DNA from: Acutalibacteraceae bacterium
GTDB taxonomy: Bacteria > Bacillota > Clostridia > Oscillospirales > Acutalibacteraceae
Assembly: GCA_045542355.1 (NCBI GenBank)
Contig: JAZQKX010000013.1
Coordinates: forward strand, 4,049 to 68,048
Reading direction: 5' to 3'
Length of the DNA: 64,000 nt
The notes beneath the pieces were generated by a model. It saw only the letters and a program-made list of their open reading frames with translations. It was not told where the DNA came from and did not search any database. Shown here piece after piece: positions 27,283-37,115 of the stretch; within the stretch, counting starts at the first letter, position 1, and each line of letters begins with the position of its first letter. Made by a program: the position numbers and the translations under genes.

Positions 27283-28551
27283 ATGGAGGATTTTGTTTTG
27301 ACAACAAATGATAATAACAATATAAAGTGTTCCTTTTGCGGTAAACCGCAGGATGAGGTCAATCGCCTTATAGCCGGTAACGGTGTGTATATTTGTGATG
27401 AATGCATAGATGTTTGTCACTCACTTATGGGTGAAGAGTATTTAGAACCTGTGGCAACCCAAAAGAATTCCTCTGAGAATCTTCTTATACCCACTCCAAT
27501 GGAGATTAAGAAACATCTGGACGAATATGTTATTGGTCAGGATGCTGCAAAAACCACTCTTTCGGTTGCTGTTTATAACCATTATAAGAGAATAGGCAAT
27601 AATGTTGAGGATATTGAATTAGGCAAGAGCAACGTTTTAATGTTAGGACCTACAGGTGTTGGAAAAACTCTGTTAGCACAAACATTGGCTAAATTTATAG
27701 ATGTGCCTATAGCAATTACCGACGCTACAACTCTTACTGAGGCTGGATATGTTGGTGAAGATGTAGAGAACATTCTTTTGAGACTTATTCAAGCCGCCGA
27801 TTATGATGTTGAACGTGCTGAGCGTGGCATAATTTATGTTGATGAAATTGATAAGATTTCCCGCAAATCTGAAAATTCTTCTATAACCCGCGATGTAAGC
27901 GGCGAGGGAGTTCAACAAGCTCTCCTTAAAATATTGGAGGGCACGGTTTCTAATGTTCCTCCTCAGGGCGGAAGAAAACATCCTCAACAGGAATTCATCC
28001 AGATAGACACATCGAATATTTTGTTTATTTGTGCTGGTGCTTTTGATGGTCTTGAAAAAATCATTGAAAAGCGCATGGGCTCCGGTAGTATAGGTTTTGG
28101 AGCTGAGATTGTCTCAAAGAAAGAATTAGAGACAGAGGAACTTCTTAAAAAAGCCGATCATCAGGATTTGGTTAAGTTTGGACTCATTCCCGAGCTTGTA
28201 GGCAGATTACCAGTTGTTACGGTCTTGGAAAACATGAGCGTAGAATCTTTAAAGAGAATTATGGTTGAGCCCAAAAACTCTTTAATAAAGCAGTATCAGG
28301 CTTTGTTCAGATTAGACGGAGTAGAGCTTACCTTTGATGACGATGCCTTGTTGGAAATTGCTCAGCAGACCATCGAAAGAAAAACAGGCGCAAGAGGACT
28401 TCGCTCTGTGTTGGAAAAGGTTCTCAATCCTTTGATGTTTACTGTGCCGTCAGATAAAACAATAACTGCTATTAATATCACAAAAGCTGCAGTTTTTGGG
28501 GATGACCCGCAAATCACCAAGGGTGATACAGCAAAAGCAATTAATGCATAA
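27283..28551 (+). CDS. clpX: ATP-dependent Clp protease ATP-binding subunit ClpX
   Basis: N-terminal zinc finger CSFCGK...CDEC, Walker A GPTGVGKT, and an IYVDEIDK motif. Confidence 0.93.
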   Translation: MEDFVLTTNDNNNIKCSFCGKPQDEVNRLIAGNGVYICDECIDVCHSLMGEEYLEPVATQKNSSENLLIPTPMEIKKHLDEYVIGQDAAKTTLSVAVYNHYKRIGNNVEDIELGKSNVLMLGPTGVGKTLLAQTLAKFIDVPIAITDATTLTEAGYVGEDVENILLRLIQAADYDVERAERGIIYVDEIDKISRKSENSSITRDVSGEGVQQALLKILEGTVSNVPPQGGRKHPQQEFIQIDTSNILFICAGAFDGLEKIIEKRMGSGSIGFGAEIVSKKELETEELLKKADHQDLVKFGLIPELVGRLPVVTVLENMSVESLKRIMVEPKNSLIKQYQALFRLDGVELTFDDDALLEIAQQTIERKTGARGLRSVLEKVLNPLMFTVPSDKTITAINITKAAVFGDDPQITKGDTAKAINA

Positions 28552-28555
28552 ATTA

Positions 28556-28590
28556 AAGGTGTTAAGTTATTGTAAGTAACTTAACACCTT
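28556..28590. terminator. Bidirectional hairpin between the convergent clpX and glutamine synthetase genes
   Basis: AAGGTGTTAAGTTA / TAACTTAACACCTT, 14 perfect bp with a 7-nt loop. Confidence 0.6.
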
Positions 28591-28597
28591 AATTATT

Positions 28598-30682
28598 TTA
28601 GTTAACGCTGTAAAGCATTTCAGCATAGGTGGGAACAGGCCACAAATCAGCGGGCATGGTTTTTTCTAATAAGTCTACAATCTCACGAAGTTTATTCATA
28701 TTTCCAAGGAGATGGTCTTTATAATATGTACCTCTCTCTGCGGTACCCGTAACTGTTAAACGTTTTTCGGTAGCAGACTCTAATTCTTGGATACGATTAT
28801 AAATCAAATCTGTATACTCTGCAACCTTCTCTAAAATATCTCTTTCTGTATTAGTTGGAAGCCCCGCAGTGGTTTTACTGTTGATTAAATCAGCAAGTCT
28901 CTTTTGATATTTCATGGCGGAGGGCAGAATTTCCCGACTTACCATTGAGCACATTGTCAGGGATTCGATACCAATAATCTGACAGTAATTCTGCATGAAG
29001 ATTTCATATCTTGCATGCATCTCGTTTTCAGAATATACACCGTGTCTTTTAAACACTTCGATGTTTTTAGCATTGAGCATGGTTGAGAGTGCATCGGGTG
29101 TAGTTCTCAGATTGTGTAATCCACGTTTTTCGGCTTCAATTTCCCATTCCTTTGAATAACCGTTTCCGTTGAATATTATGCGCTTATGCTGTGCGTAGGT
29201 TTCGCCAATAAGCTTAAATGCAGCAGAGTTAATATCCTCAGCATCCTTTAATTTTTCGTAGAAGCCGTCTAAAGTATCGGCAACTATTGTGTTGAGAGCG
29301 GTGTTACAGTTGCCGATAGAAGCAGAGGAGCCTAACATTCTGAATTCAAACTTATTGCCTGTGAATGCAAAGGGCGATGTTCTGTTTCGATCGCTTGTAT
29401 CCTGCATGAATTTTGGAATTTGCTTAGCTCCTAAGTCAATCATGTTCTGCTTGTGAGCATGATATTCCTTACCACTGGCTATATCCTCAAGGATTTCGTT
29501 GATATCATCGCCTAAATACATAGAGAGAATAGCAGGAGGAGCTTCATATCCGCCGAGTCGCTGGTCGTTTCCTGCACTGGCTATTGACACACGAAGTATA
29601 TCCTGATAGTCATCAACTGCCTTAATAACCGCTGTCAGGAAAAGCAGGAATATTACATTATTCTCGGGGTTTTTACCTGGTTTTAATAGATTGATTCCGT
29701 TTTTAGTAGTTAGTGACCAGTTGTTGTGCTTACCGCTACCATTTACACCTGCAAAGGGTTTTTCGTGCAAAAGGCAAACGAGACCATGTCGGTCAGCAAC
29801 CTTTTTCATTATCTCCATCGCGAGCTGATTATGGTCGGTTGCAACATTGGCTGTAGAATATACTGGAGCCATCTCGTGCTGAGCGGGCGCAGCTTCGTTG
29901 TGCTTGGTTTTAGAGTTGACACCAAGCTTCCAGAGTTCTTGATCAAGGTCATGCATAAACTCGCTGATGCGTGGTTTTATCTGGCCGTAATACTGGTCAT
30001 TAAGTTCCTGACCTTTAGGGGGTTTTGCACCGAACAGAGTTCGTCCTGTATATATGAGGTCTTCGCGTTTTAGATATATATCCTTATCTATCAAGAAATA
30101 CTCCTGCTCGGCACCTACATGTGAAATTACCTTTTTCACATCATCGTGCCCAAAAAGTTTAAGTATTCGACGGGAGGATTTATCTATAACCTGCATTGAA
30201 CGGAGCAGGGGAGTTTTGTTGTCGAGTGCTTCACCGCCGTATGAGCAGAAAGCTGTGGGGATATATAATGAGCCGTCCTTTACAAATGCAAAGGAGGAGG
30301 GGTCCCATGCTGTATATCCGCGGGCTTCAAAGGTGGCTCTTATACCGCCACTGGGGAAACTGGAAGCATCGGATTCTCCGCGCACCAGCTCCTTGCCCGA
30401 AAATTCCATTATTATGTTGCCTTTTCCATCAGGGGAAATGAAGCTGTCGTGTTTTTCGGCCGTAATGCCCGTCATAGGCTGAAACCAGTGAGTGTAGTGG
30501 GTTGCACCAAGCTCGATTGCCCATTCTTTCATTGCATTAGCTATTTCATTTGCTACCTCTAATTCCAGAGGAGCGCCTGTCTTTATGGTAGAATGCAAAG
30601 CATCGTAAATACGACTGGGAAGCCTGTGCTTCATAACTCTTTTATTAAAAACTTGGCATCCAAACAGTTCTGGTAGATTCAT
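28598..30682 (-). CDS. glnN: Glutamine synthetase type III
   Basis: 694 aa. The N-terminal region (HYTHWFQPMTG) and the overall length are characteristic of GSIII rather than GSI. Confidence 0.88.
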   Translation of the reverse strand: MNLPELFGCQVFNKRVMKHRLPSRIYDALHSTIKTGAPLELEVANEIANAMKEWAIELGATHYTHWFQPMTGITAEKHDSFISPDGKGNIIMEFSGKELVRGESDASSFPSGGIRATFEARGYTAWDPSSFAFVKDGSLYIPTAFCSYGGEALDNKTPLLRSMQVIDKSSRRILKLFGHDDVKKVISHVGAEQEYFLIDKDIYLKREDLIYTGRTLFGAKPPKGQELNDQYYGQIKPRISEFMHDLDQELWKLGVNSKTKHNEAAPAQHEMAPVYSTANVATDHNQLAMEIMKKVADRHGLVCLLHEKPFAGVNGSGKHNNWSLTTKNGINLLKPGKNPENNVIFLLFLTAVIKAVDDYQDILRVSIASAGNDQRLGGYEAPPAILSMYLGDDINEILEDIASGKEYHAHKQNMIDLGAKQIPKFMQDTSDRNRTSPFAFTGNKFEFRMLGSSASIGNCNTALNTIVADTLDGFYEKLKDAEDINSAAFKLIGETYAQHKRIIFNGNGYSKEWEIEAEKRGLHNLRTTPDALSTMLNAKNIEVFKRHGVYSENEMHARYEIFMQNYCQIIGIESLTMCSMVSREILPSAMKYQKRLADLINSKTTAGLPTNTERDILEKVAEYTDLIYNRIQELESATEKRLTVTGTAERGTYYKDHLLGNMNKLREIVDLLEKTMPADLWPVPTYAEMLYSVN

Positions 30683-30723
30683 AATTACTCCTTTAAATTA
30701 AAATTTTGCTAATATATAGGTAC

Positions 30724-30752
30724 ATTATACCATAAGATTTTCTGGTGTCAAA
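30724..30752 (-). promoter_or_regulatory. SigmaA promoter (extended -10) of the GSIII gene
   Basis: The minus strand reads TTGACA-N16-TGgTATAAT. On the plus strand this is TGTCAA at 30747-30752 and ATTATA at 30724-30729. Confidence 0.55.
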
Positions 30753-30903
30753 TTGCATGAATTAATATTATTAAGTTGCTGTTTTAAGATCTTTAATTAT
30801 TTGCCCATACAACTTAAAATTATTAATAAAACACGGTGTGTTTTTAAGAAAAGAATGAAAATCTCTATAAATTGAAATATTTTCAAGTGTCAAGTATTTT
30901 TAC

Positions 30904-30932
30904 TTGACAGGTAAGAAAATATGTGATATAAT
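30904..30932 (+). promoter_or_regulatory. SigmaA promoter (extended -10) of ylxM-ffh
   Basis: TTGACA (30904-30909), a 17-nt spacer, then TGaTATAAT (30924-30932). Confidence 0.6.
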
Positions 30933-30955
30933 TACATACGTTGAGGTGTGTAACT

Positions 30956-31285
30956 ATGCCCAAAAATTTGAATTATTCAATTTTGCTTGATTACTACGGC
31001 GCTCTATTAACCGATAAACAGCGCGAAACCTTAGAGTATTACTACAATGAAGATTTGTCTCTTTCCGAAATTTCTGAAATTGTTGGGACTTCTCGACAGG
31101 GAGTAATGGATTTAATCAAGCGTTCCGAACAACAGTTGAATTCTTTTGAAATGAAGTTAGGCTTGATGGAAAAGTTTAAGAGCATCAATTTTGCCATTGA
31201 TATAATTAGTGAAGTTATCGATAAAATCTCTGATGTTGAACTTAAAAACGAACTTCAAGGCGCTTTAAACAAATTATCATACTAA
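30956..31285 (+). CDS. ylxM: YlxM (UPF0122) putative DNA-binding protein
   Basis: LLDYYGALLTDKQRE...LSLSEISE HTH pattern, in the conserved position upstream of ffh. The start is at ATG 30956. Confidence 0.85.
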   Translation: MPKNLNYSILLDYYGALLTDKQRETLEYYYNEDLSLSEISEIVGTSRQGVMDLIKRSEQQLNSFEMKLGLMEKFKSINFAIDIISEVIDKISDVELKNELQGALNKLSY

Positions 31286-31301
31286 GAAAAGGAGTGTAGA
31301 C

Positions 31302-32675
31302 GTGGCTTTCGATAATTTATCCGAAAAATTAAATGGCGTATTCAAGCGTTTACGCTCTAAAGGAAAATTAACTGAAAAAGACGTTAACGAAGCCATGCGG
31401 GAAGTACGTCTCGCACTTCTGGAGGCTGACGTAAACTATAAAGTAGCCAAAGATTTTACCAAAACCGTCACCGAAAAATGTATTGGTGAAAAGGTTATGG
31501 AAAGCCTAACTGCTCCTCAGATGGTTGTTAAAATCGTCCGTGATGAACTTACCGCACTAATGGGTGGAGAACAGGTTAGACTTAACACCGCATCTCGTAT
31601 ACCTACCGTAATCATGATGTGTGGTTTGCAAGGTTCCGGTAAGACCACACACAGCGCCAAACTTGCTAAACTCCTTAAGAAGCAAGGACACAGACCTATG
31701 CTGGTTGCTTGTGATATTTATAGACCTGCAGCTATTGAGCAGTTGAAGGTCGTTGGCGCATCGGTAGAGGTTCCTGTTTTTGAAAAGGGAACTCAGAAGC
31801 CTGAAATAACCGCAGTTGAAGCAGTAAAACATGCCAGAGATTACGGAAACGATTTTGTTATTCTTGATACTGCAGGCCGTCTTCACATTGACGATGAGCT
31901 CATGGCTGAGCTTGTTCGCATTAAGGATGCGGTAGAGGTTAATGAAATCCTGCTGGTAGTTGATTCAATGGTCGGACAGGATGCGGTTAACATCGCGAAA
32001 TCCTTTAATGATTTATTGGAGATTTCGGGTGTTATCCTCACTAAGTTAGATGGCGATACCCGAGGCGGCGCCGCCCTTTCTGTTAGAGCTGTCACAGGTA
32101 AGCCTATTAAATATGTCGGAACAGGTGAAAAGATGGAATGTCTTGAAGAGTTCCATCCCGACAGAATGACGTCCAGAATTCTTGGCATGGGTGATATGCT
32201 TTCTCTTATCGAAAGAGTTGAAGACCAGCTTGACGAAAAGAAAGCTCTTGAAGCCGCCAAGAAATTAGAGGAAAATAAGTTTGATTTAGACGATTTGCTG
32301 GAGCAATTTCAACAAATTAAAAAGCTTGGCTCCATTAAGCAGATTATGTCTATGCTTCCCGGTGTTAGCAATCAGATTAAAGATGCGGATATAGATGAAA
32401 AGGCATTCACCCGGATTGAGTCAATAATCTACTCTATGACCAAAAAGGAAAGAAGAAAGCCCGACATCTTAAACGCATCCCGTAAAAAGAGAATTGCCGC
32501 AGGCTCAGGCACTTCGGTTGAGGAAATCAACAAACTGCTCCGTCAATACGAGCAGATGCGCAAAATGTTCAAGCAGATGAACACTAAGGGCACTAAGAGT
32601 TCCAAAGCAATGCGCAGAATGATGGGTAATATGAACGGCTTCGGCGGCGGTATGCCCCCAGGTTTTCCCATGTAA
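31302..32675 (+). CDS. ffh: Signal recognition particle protein Ffh
   Basis: GTG start. It has an NG domain (GLQGSGKTT, DTAGR, TKLDGD) and a Met-rich M domain at the C-terminus. Confidence 0.93.
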   Translation: MAFDNLSEKLNGVFKRLRSKGKLTEKDVNEAMREVRLALLEADVNYKVAKDFTKTVTEKCIGEKVMESLTAPQMVVKIVRDELTALMGGEQVRLNTASRIPTVIMMCGLQGSGKTTHSAKLAKLLKKQGHRPMLVACDIYRPAAIEQLKVVGASVEVPVFEKGTQKPEITAVEAVKHARDYGNDFVILDTAGRLHIDDELMAELVRIKDAVEVNEILLVVDSMVGQDAVNIAKSFNDLLEISGVILTKLDGDTRGGAALSVRAVTGKPIKYVGTGEKMECLEEFHPDRMTSRILGMGDMLSLIERVEDQLDEKKALEAAKKLEENKFDLDDLLEQFQQIKKLGSIKQIMSMLPGVSNQIKDADIDEKAFTRIESIIYSMTKKERRKPDILNASRKKRIAAGSGTSVEEINKLLRQYEQMRKMFKQMNTKGTKSSKAMRRMMGNMNGFGGGMPPGFPM

Positions 32676-32739
32676 CTTTAGTTTCTGAACAGTAATCTGT
32701 TTTTGAATATTAATATTAAATATACAGGAGGTGTTACGA

Positions 32740-32982
32740 ATGGCAGTTAAAATCAGACTTCGTCGTCTTGGCGCAAAGAAAGCTCCTTTCTACCGTGTAG
32801 TTGTTGCTGACTCTCGCTTCCCTCGTGACGGTCGTTTTATCGAAGAAATCGGTTACTACGATCCCACTAAGGAACCTGCAGTTGTTAAAATCGATGGTGA
32901 AAAAGCTAAGAAATGGATCGCTAACGGCGCACAGCCCACAGATACCGTTAAGGCACTTTTGAAAAAAGACGGTGTTATGTAA
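32740..32982 (+). CDS. rpsP: 30S ribosomal protein S16
   Basis: [26 protein letters not shown]. The ATG follows GGAGGTG. Confidence 0.93.
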   Translation: MAVKIRLRRLGAKKAPFYRVVVADSRFPRDGRFIEEIGYYDPTKEPAVVKIDGEKAKKWIANGAQPTDTVKALLKKDGVM

Positions 32983-33000
32983 ACACGGAGGTATTTTATT

Positions 33001-33234
33001 ATGACCGAATTATTAATCGCAATCGCTCAGGGTCTTGTTGAAGCTCCTGATGCAGTAGAAGTAACTGTTGACGAGCCCAATGAAGAGGATGTAATTGTTT
33101 TCCATCTTCATGTTGCCGAAAACGACATGGGCCGTGTAATCGGTAAGCAGGGTAGAATTGCTAAGTCTATCCGCACAGTTATGCGTGCAGCAGCCAGCCG
33201 CGACGGCAAAAAGGTTGCTGTTGAAATCGACTAA
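33001..33234 (+). CDS. KH domain RNA-binding protein (YlqC family)
   Basis: 77 aa with the GRVIGKQGRIAKSIR (GxxG KH) motif, in the conserved position after rpsP. Confidence 0.85.
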   Translation: MTELLIAIAQGLVEAPDAVEVTVDEPNEEDVIVFHLHVAENDMGRVIGKQGRIAKSIRTVMRAAASRDGKKVAVEID

Positions 33235-33257
33235 TTTAAGATTGCCGTTTGGCAAAT

Positions 33258-33297
33258 AATATAAGCGGCCGAAATGTAAACGGTCGCTTATATTTTT
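33258..33297 (+). terminator. Internal terminator/attenuator between the KH-protein gene and rimM
   Basis: AATATAAGCGGCCG (33258-33271) pairs with CGGTCGCTTATATT (33281-33294), 14 bp with one G:U, running into TTTTT. Confidence 0.6.
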
Positions 33298-33308
33298 AGG
33301 TGATAAAT

Positions 33309-33821
33309 ATGATAAAAGAATTTATTGAATGTGGACAGATCGTTGCTACTCACGGCGTTCGCGGTGAGGTGAAGGTGAATCCCTGGTGTGATTCGCCTAA
33401 GTTCTTGTTGCAATTTAAGAAATTTTATATAGATAAATTAGGCGATAAAGAGTTGAATGTACAAGCTTCAAGGGTTGCAAATAATGTTGTATTAATGAAA
33501 CTTAAAGATGTTGCAACCGTTGAGGAGGCCATGAAATTTAAAAACACTGTTATTTATATAAAACGCGAGGATGCAGATATAGGTGATAGATATTTCATTC
33601 AGGAGCTTATAGGCTGTACCGTTTATCATCATGAAACCAACGAAATACTTGGTAAAATCACAAATGTTACACAACTTCCCGCAAATGATATATGGCATAT
33701 TGTTAAAGATGGCAAAGAATATCTTCTTCCTGCTATCGAGCAGGTTATAGTAAGTGTTAATGTTGCCGAGGAAAAGGCATTTATAAACCCCTTGAAAGGT
33801 ATTTTTGACAATGAGGATTGA
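33309..33821 (+). CDS. rimM: 16S rRNA processing protein RimM
   Basis: HGVRGEVKV motif and a PRC-barrel C-terminus, in the conserved position upstream of trmD. Confidence 0.88.
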   Translation: MIKEFIECGQIVATHGVRGEVKVNPWCDSPKFLLQFKKFYIDKLGDKELNVQASRVANNVVLMKLKDVATVEEAMKFKNTVIYIKREDADIGDRYFIQELIGCTVYHHETNEILGKITNVTQLPANDIWHIVKDGKEYLLPAIEQVIVSVNVAEEKAFINPLKGIFDNED

Positions 33822-34557
33822 TATTTTAACCCTGTTTCCCGAAATGTGTAATGCTTTCATACACGAGAGCGTTATTGGGAGAGCTGTAGCTGCGGGTAAG
33901 GTGGAAATTAATTGCCACAATATTAGAGACTATACAGTAGATAAGCATAACAGAGTTGATGACGCGCCTTACGCTGGCGGTATGGGTATGATTATGAGTT
34001 GTCAGCCTATATATGATTGTTTCCAAACCCTGTTTGGAGAGCTACCGAAAAAGCCACATACAATATATTTGTCTCCAAAAGGTAAAACCTTTACCCAAAC
34101 CCGCGCATGTCAACTTGTTGGATTGCAACATATCGTTTTATTGTGCGGACATTACGAGGGAATCGACCAACGTCTGTTGGATGAAATAGTCGATGAGGAA
34201 ATCTCTATTGGAGACTATGTTTTAACAGGCGGAGAAATACCAGCATTGGTAGTTGCCGACGCTGTTTCAAGACTTTTGCCTGGTGTACTCTCCGATAATG
34301 TTTGCTTCGAGGAGGAGAGCCATTTTTCAGGGTTACTTGAGTTTCCGCAATACACCCGTCCCAACGTCTGGCGGGGTAGAGAAGTTCCCCCAATACTTCT
34401 TTCGGGACATCACGCTAACATAACAAAATGGCGCAGAGAAAAATCTTTGGAGGAAACTTTCAATAAAAGACCAGAAATGCTCGAAACTGCGAAACTTACC
34501 AAAAACGACAAAAAATATCTGGAAACCTTACAAAATGACTCAATGAATGACACATAA
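33811..34557 (+). CDS. trmD: tRNA (guanine37-N1)-methyltransferase
   Basis: MRIDILTLFPEM..., VDDAPYAGGMGM, GHYEGIDQR and DYVLTGGE motifs are present. Confidence 0.92.
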   Translation: MRIDILTLFPEMCNAFIHESVIGRAVAAGKVEINCHNIRDYTVDKHNRVDDAPYAGGMGMIMSCQPIYDCFQTLFGELPKKPHTIYLSPKGKTFTQTRACQLVGLQHIVLLCGHYEGIDQRLLDEIVDEEISIGDYVLTGGEIPALVVADAVSRLLPGVLSDNVCFEEESHFSGLLEFPQYTRPNVWRGREVPPILLSGHHANITKWRREKSLEETFNKRPEMLETAKLTKNDKKYLETLQNDSMNDT

Positions 34558-34664
34558 CATACTACAATAATGAAAAATGTTTAGCATTTTGCACAAATCT
34601 AAACTGAAATATTTGTTGAGGATTGGCATAAAATTAGAACTCAAAAAAATCCTTTGCAAATTTG

Positions 34665-34692
34665 TTGACGAATGAATAAAATGTGGTATAAT
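34665..34692 (+). promoter_or_regulatory. SigmaA promoter (extended -10) of ptsH
   Basis: TTGACG (34665-34670), a 16-nt spacer, then TGgTATAAT (34684-34692). Confidence 0.5.
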
Positions 34693-34741
34693 AACAATAG
34701 TCGATCTCGACTCGATTTTCTTTAGTTAGGAGATTTAAACA

Positions 34742-35005
34742 ATGTACGTAAAAGATGTTGTTGTACAGAATCAGGTTGGTCTTCATGCCCGTCCTGCTAC
34801 ATTTTTCATCCAGAAAGCTAATGAATTCAAATCTTCAATCTGGGTTGAAAGAGAAGAGAGACGAGTTAACGCTAAGAGTCTTTTAGGTGTTCTTTCCTTA
34901 GGTATCTTAGGCGGTAGCGAAATCCGCATAATTGCTGACGGTGCCGATGAGCAGGCAGCAGTTGACGGTCTTGTAGAGCTTGTTGAATCTGGCTTTGCAG
35001 AATAA
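34742..35005 (+). CDS. ptsH: Phosphocarrier protein HPr
   Basis: 87 aa with the active-site region VGLHARPAT (His15) and the regulatory Ser46 context NAKSLLGVLSLG. Confidence 0.9.
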   Translation: MYVKDVVVQNQVGLHARPATFFIQKANEFKSSIWVEREERRVNAKSLLGVLSLGILGGSEIRIIADGADEQAAVDGLVELVESGFAE

Positions 35006-35044
35006 TTTAATTAATAAGGGTTAGGTTTGCTTAACCCATAATTT

Positions 35045-35121
35045 CCGGGTGTGGCTCAGTTTGGTAGAGCGCTTGAATGGGGTTCAAGAGGCCGCTGGTT
35101 CGACTCCAGTCACTCGGACCA
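35045..35121 (+). tRNA. tRNA-Pro (anticodon GGG), with encoded CCA
   Basis: Hand fold: acceptor CCGGGTG/CACTCGG, D arm GCTC-AGTTTGGTA-GAGC, anticodon arm CTTGA-ATGGGGT-TCAAG, T arm GCTGG-TTCGACT-CCAGT, discriminator A, then CCA. Confidence 0.88.
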
Positions 35122-35122
35122 T

Positions 35123-35158
35123 AAAACCTCTCTATGTATGTAGAGAGGTTTTAAATTT
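35123..35158 (+). terminator. Intrinsic terminator after tRNA-Pro
   Basis: AAAACCTCTCTA / TAGAGAGGTTTT, 12 bp with a 6-nt loop. Confidence 0.75.
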
Positions 35159-35179
35159 ATTATAAGCGGGGGGAATATA

Positions 35180-35377
35180 GTGGATATAAAATGTCCTTGT
35201 TGTAGTTCCGAAAATTTAGTAGAGGGTATTATCCGTTCTTCTGATGCGATGCCAATCATATTTGTCAGTAAAGAAGATAATAAGAAAATTTTCAATAATA
35301 AACATAAGCGCATCAATGCATATCATTGTAAGGAATGTGGCTATATCTCTTTGTTTGCTGACAATTCTAAAAATTAA
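35180..35377 (+). CDS. Small zinc-ribbon protein (65 aa), function unknown
   Basis: GTG start after a G-rich RBS. CPCC near the N-terminus pairs with CKECG near the C-terminus. The gene is bracketed by two strong terminators. Confidence 0.5.
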   Translation: MDIKCPCCSSENLVEGIIRSSDAMPIIFVSKEDNKKIFNNKHKRINAYHCKECGYISLFADNSKN

Positions 35378-35383
35378 CAATGA

Positions 35384-35411
35384 AAAACAGGCTACAATCG
35401 TAGCCTGTTTT
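35384..35411. terminator. Bidirectional intrinsic terminator
   Basis: AAAACAGGCTAC / GTAGCCTGTTTT, 12 perfect bp with a 4-nt loop. It is flanked by A/T runs on both sides. Confidence 0.8.
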
Positions 35412-35412
35412 C

Positions 35413-37026
35413 TTATGCTAACTTAAATTTGTGCATGATATTGTAAATCTTAGCGCCTAGCGGCAGGTTTTCATAATCTTCTTTTGACAGTGCGCGAAGT
35501 ACAATCAACATAGCAAAATATACAATCACACCAATAATTATTGAAAGTAGCGTACTTACAGTATTTCCTAAATCCTTAACTGTAAGTGTATAAGTAATAT
35601 ACACTGTTAATCCCATTATAAGCATGGAAATTGTCGGCTTCAGTAGGTGATTTAATAAATTCAATCGAACAGGAACAAATTTATTGAGATAATATATTTC
35701 CACAACCATAACTATAAATTGATAAATAATAGTGCTTATAACTGCGCTGACGGCACCGTAGTTCATAACTTTTAAAAATACGATATTTAACACCAGTTTT
35801 ATAAAGGCGCCAATTAGTAAAATAATTGCGGGATATTTCTGTTTACCCAGGCCATAGAACACACCGTTGAGCACAAATGTGATTGCGGCAAAAATCATAG
35901 CAATGGTTTGCAACTGCAATAACAGAGCTCCGTCTGAAACAGTGGGGTACAGTAGCATTAATATTGGCTCCGCTAATACAGTCAGTCCCATAGCACATGG
36001 AAGCATTAATAAAATGCTTAAAAACATGGTGTTGGTCAGATTGTCTTGAGCGCCTTTATAATCCTCTTTTTGAATAAGAGCGGATATAACAGGCACCATT
36101 GCGATGAACAATGTTGCACCAAGCGCTAACGGCATGTGGGTAATGGTTTCTGTTTTTGACATAATTCCATACGCCTCGACATTACCTGTGTATAAATTAA
36201 CAGTTACCGAATCTATATTTCCGCTAAGCGATGAAACAAGGGAAGCAAAAGAAGCAGGAACTGCCAACATTGTAATAGTTTTAATTAGATTTCTTGTACT
36301 TGAGTTTTGAGAATAACTCTCTTGTGAGTCACATTTATAATTAATGTATTTTTTTCTTAGCATATAATGGCTGAGCATATATCCCAAGGAGATAAGAGCG
36401 GCAACCGAGGTAGAAATATTACCCGCAGCAGCCATAACAGCTGTATCAGTTCCGATAGCCATATATACAAATGAGATAGAAAGAAGACAGTTGAAAAACT
36501 GCTCAACGATTTCTGAAATGCTGGTTGATTTAAGACTGCCAAGCCCTGTGAAATAACCGCGCAATACCGAGTTTGACGAAACAAACATAACTGCGGGTGC
36601 TAATGACATAAGGGTGTAAGCAACACCTGGAGCTCCAAACAAAACAACAGATAAAGGTTTTGCAAACAGGAACATAAATAGAGCCAATATAAAGCCGATT
36701 AAGGTGAACATTTTGAAAGCTACACTAAATATTTTATGTGCTCCTTTATAATCACCTATAGCAACTCTCTCAGATACCAACTTCGACACAACATTCGGAA
36801 TACCTATCGAAGAAATAGCAAGTAACACCATGTAAAGCTGATAACCTGTTGAGTAGTAGCCACTGCCAACATTACCAAAACCGGGTATGTTAACTATGAC
36901 AATCTTATAGACGAGTCCCAATACCTTGACAACGATTTGTGCCACTGCTAACATCATGACATTCTTAGTAAAGGAAGTTGCTTCTTCTTTTTCAATTTTT
37001 GAGATTAATTTATTGTTATTTTCCAT
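35413..37026 (-). CDS. MOP-superfamily polysaccharide biosynthesis/flippase protein (MurJ/SpoVB-like)
   Basis: About 537 aa with 12-14 predicted TM segments. The start is taken at the second Met (MENNNKL), after GAGGAT. Confidence 0.85.
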   Translation of the reverse strand: MENNNKLISKIEKEEATSFTKNVMMLAVAQIVVKVLGLVYKIVIVNIPGFGNVGSGYYSTGYQLYMVLLAISSIGIPNVVSKLVSERVAIGDYKGAHKIFSVAFKMFTLIGFILALFMFLFAKPLSVVLFGAPGVAYTLMSLAPAVMFVSSNSVLRGYFTGLGSLKSTSISEIVEQFFNCLLSISFVYMAIGTDTAVMAAAGNISTSVAALISLGYMLSHYMLRKKYINYKCDSQESYSQNSSTRNLIKTITMLAVPASFASLVSSLSGNIDSVTVNLYTGNVEAYGIMSKTETITHMPLALGATLFIAMVPVISALIQKEDYKGAQDNLTNTMFLSILLMLPCAMGLTVLAEPILMLLYPTVSDGALLLQLQTIAMIFAAITFVLNGVFYGLGKQKYPAIILLIGAFIKLVLNIVFLKVMNYGAVSAVISTIIYQFIVMVVEIYYLNKFVPVRLNLLNHLLKPTISMLIMGLTVYITYTLTVKDLGNTVSTLLSIIIGVIVYFAMLIVLRALSKEDYENLPLGAKIYNIMHKFKLA

Positions 37027-37115
37027 ATAGTATCCTCTCAAAATAGAAAGTACAAATATAATATACCACAAATCTCCAAAAAAGGCTACATAAATATTGA
37101 AAATATTTTATTAAT

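Noticed and set aside
29726-30482. Plus-strand ORFs (115, 142 and 81 aa) inside the glutamine synthetase III gene
   Set aside because: They are antisense shadow ORFs within a strongly supported 694-aa CDS, with no motifs or RBS.
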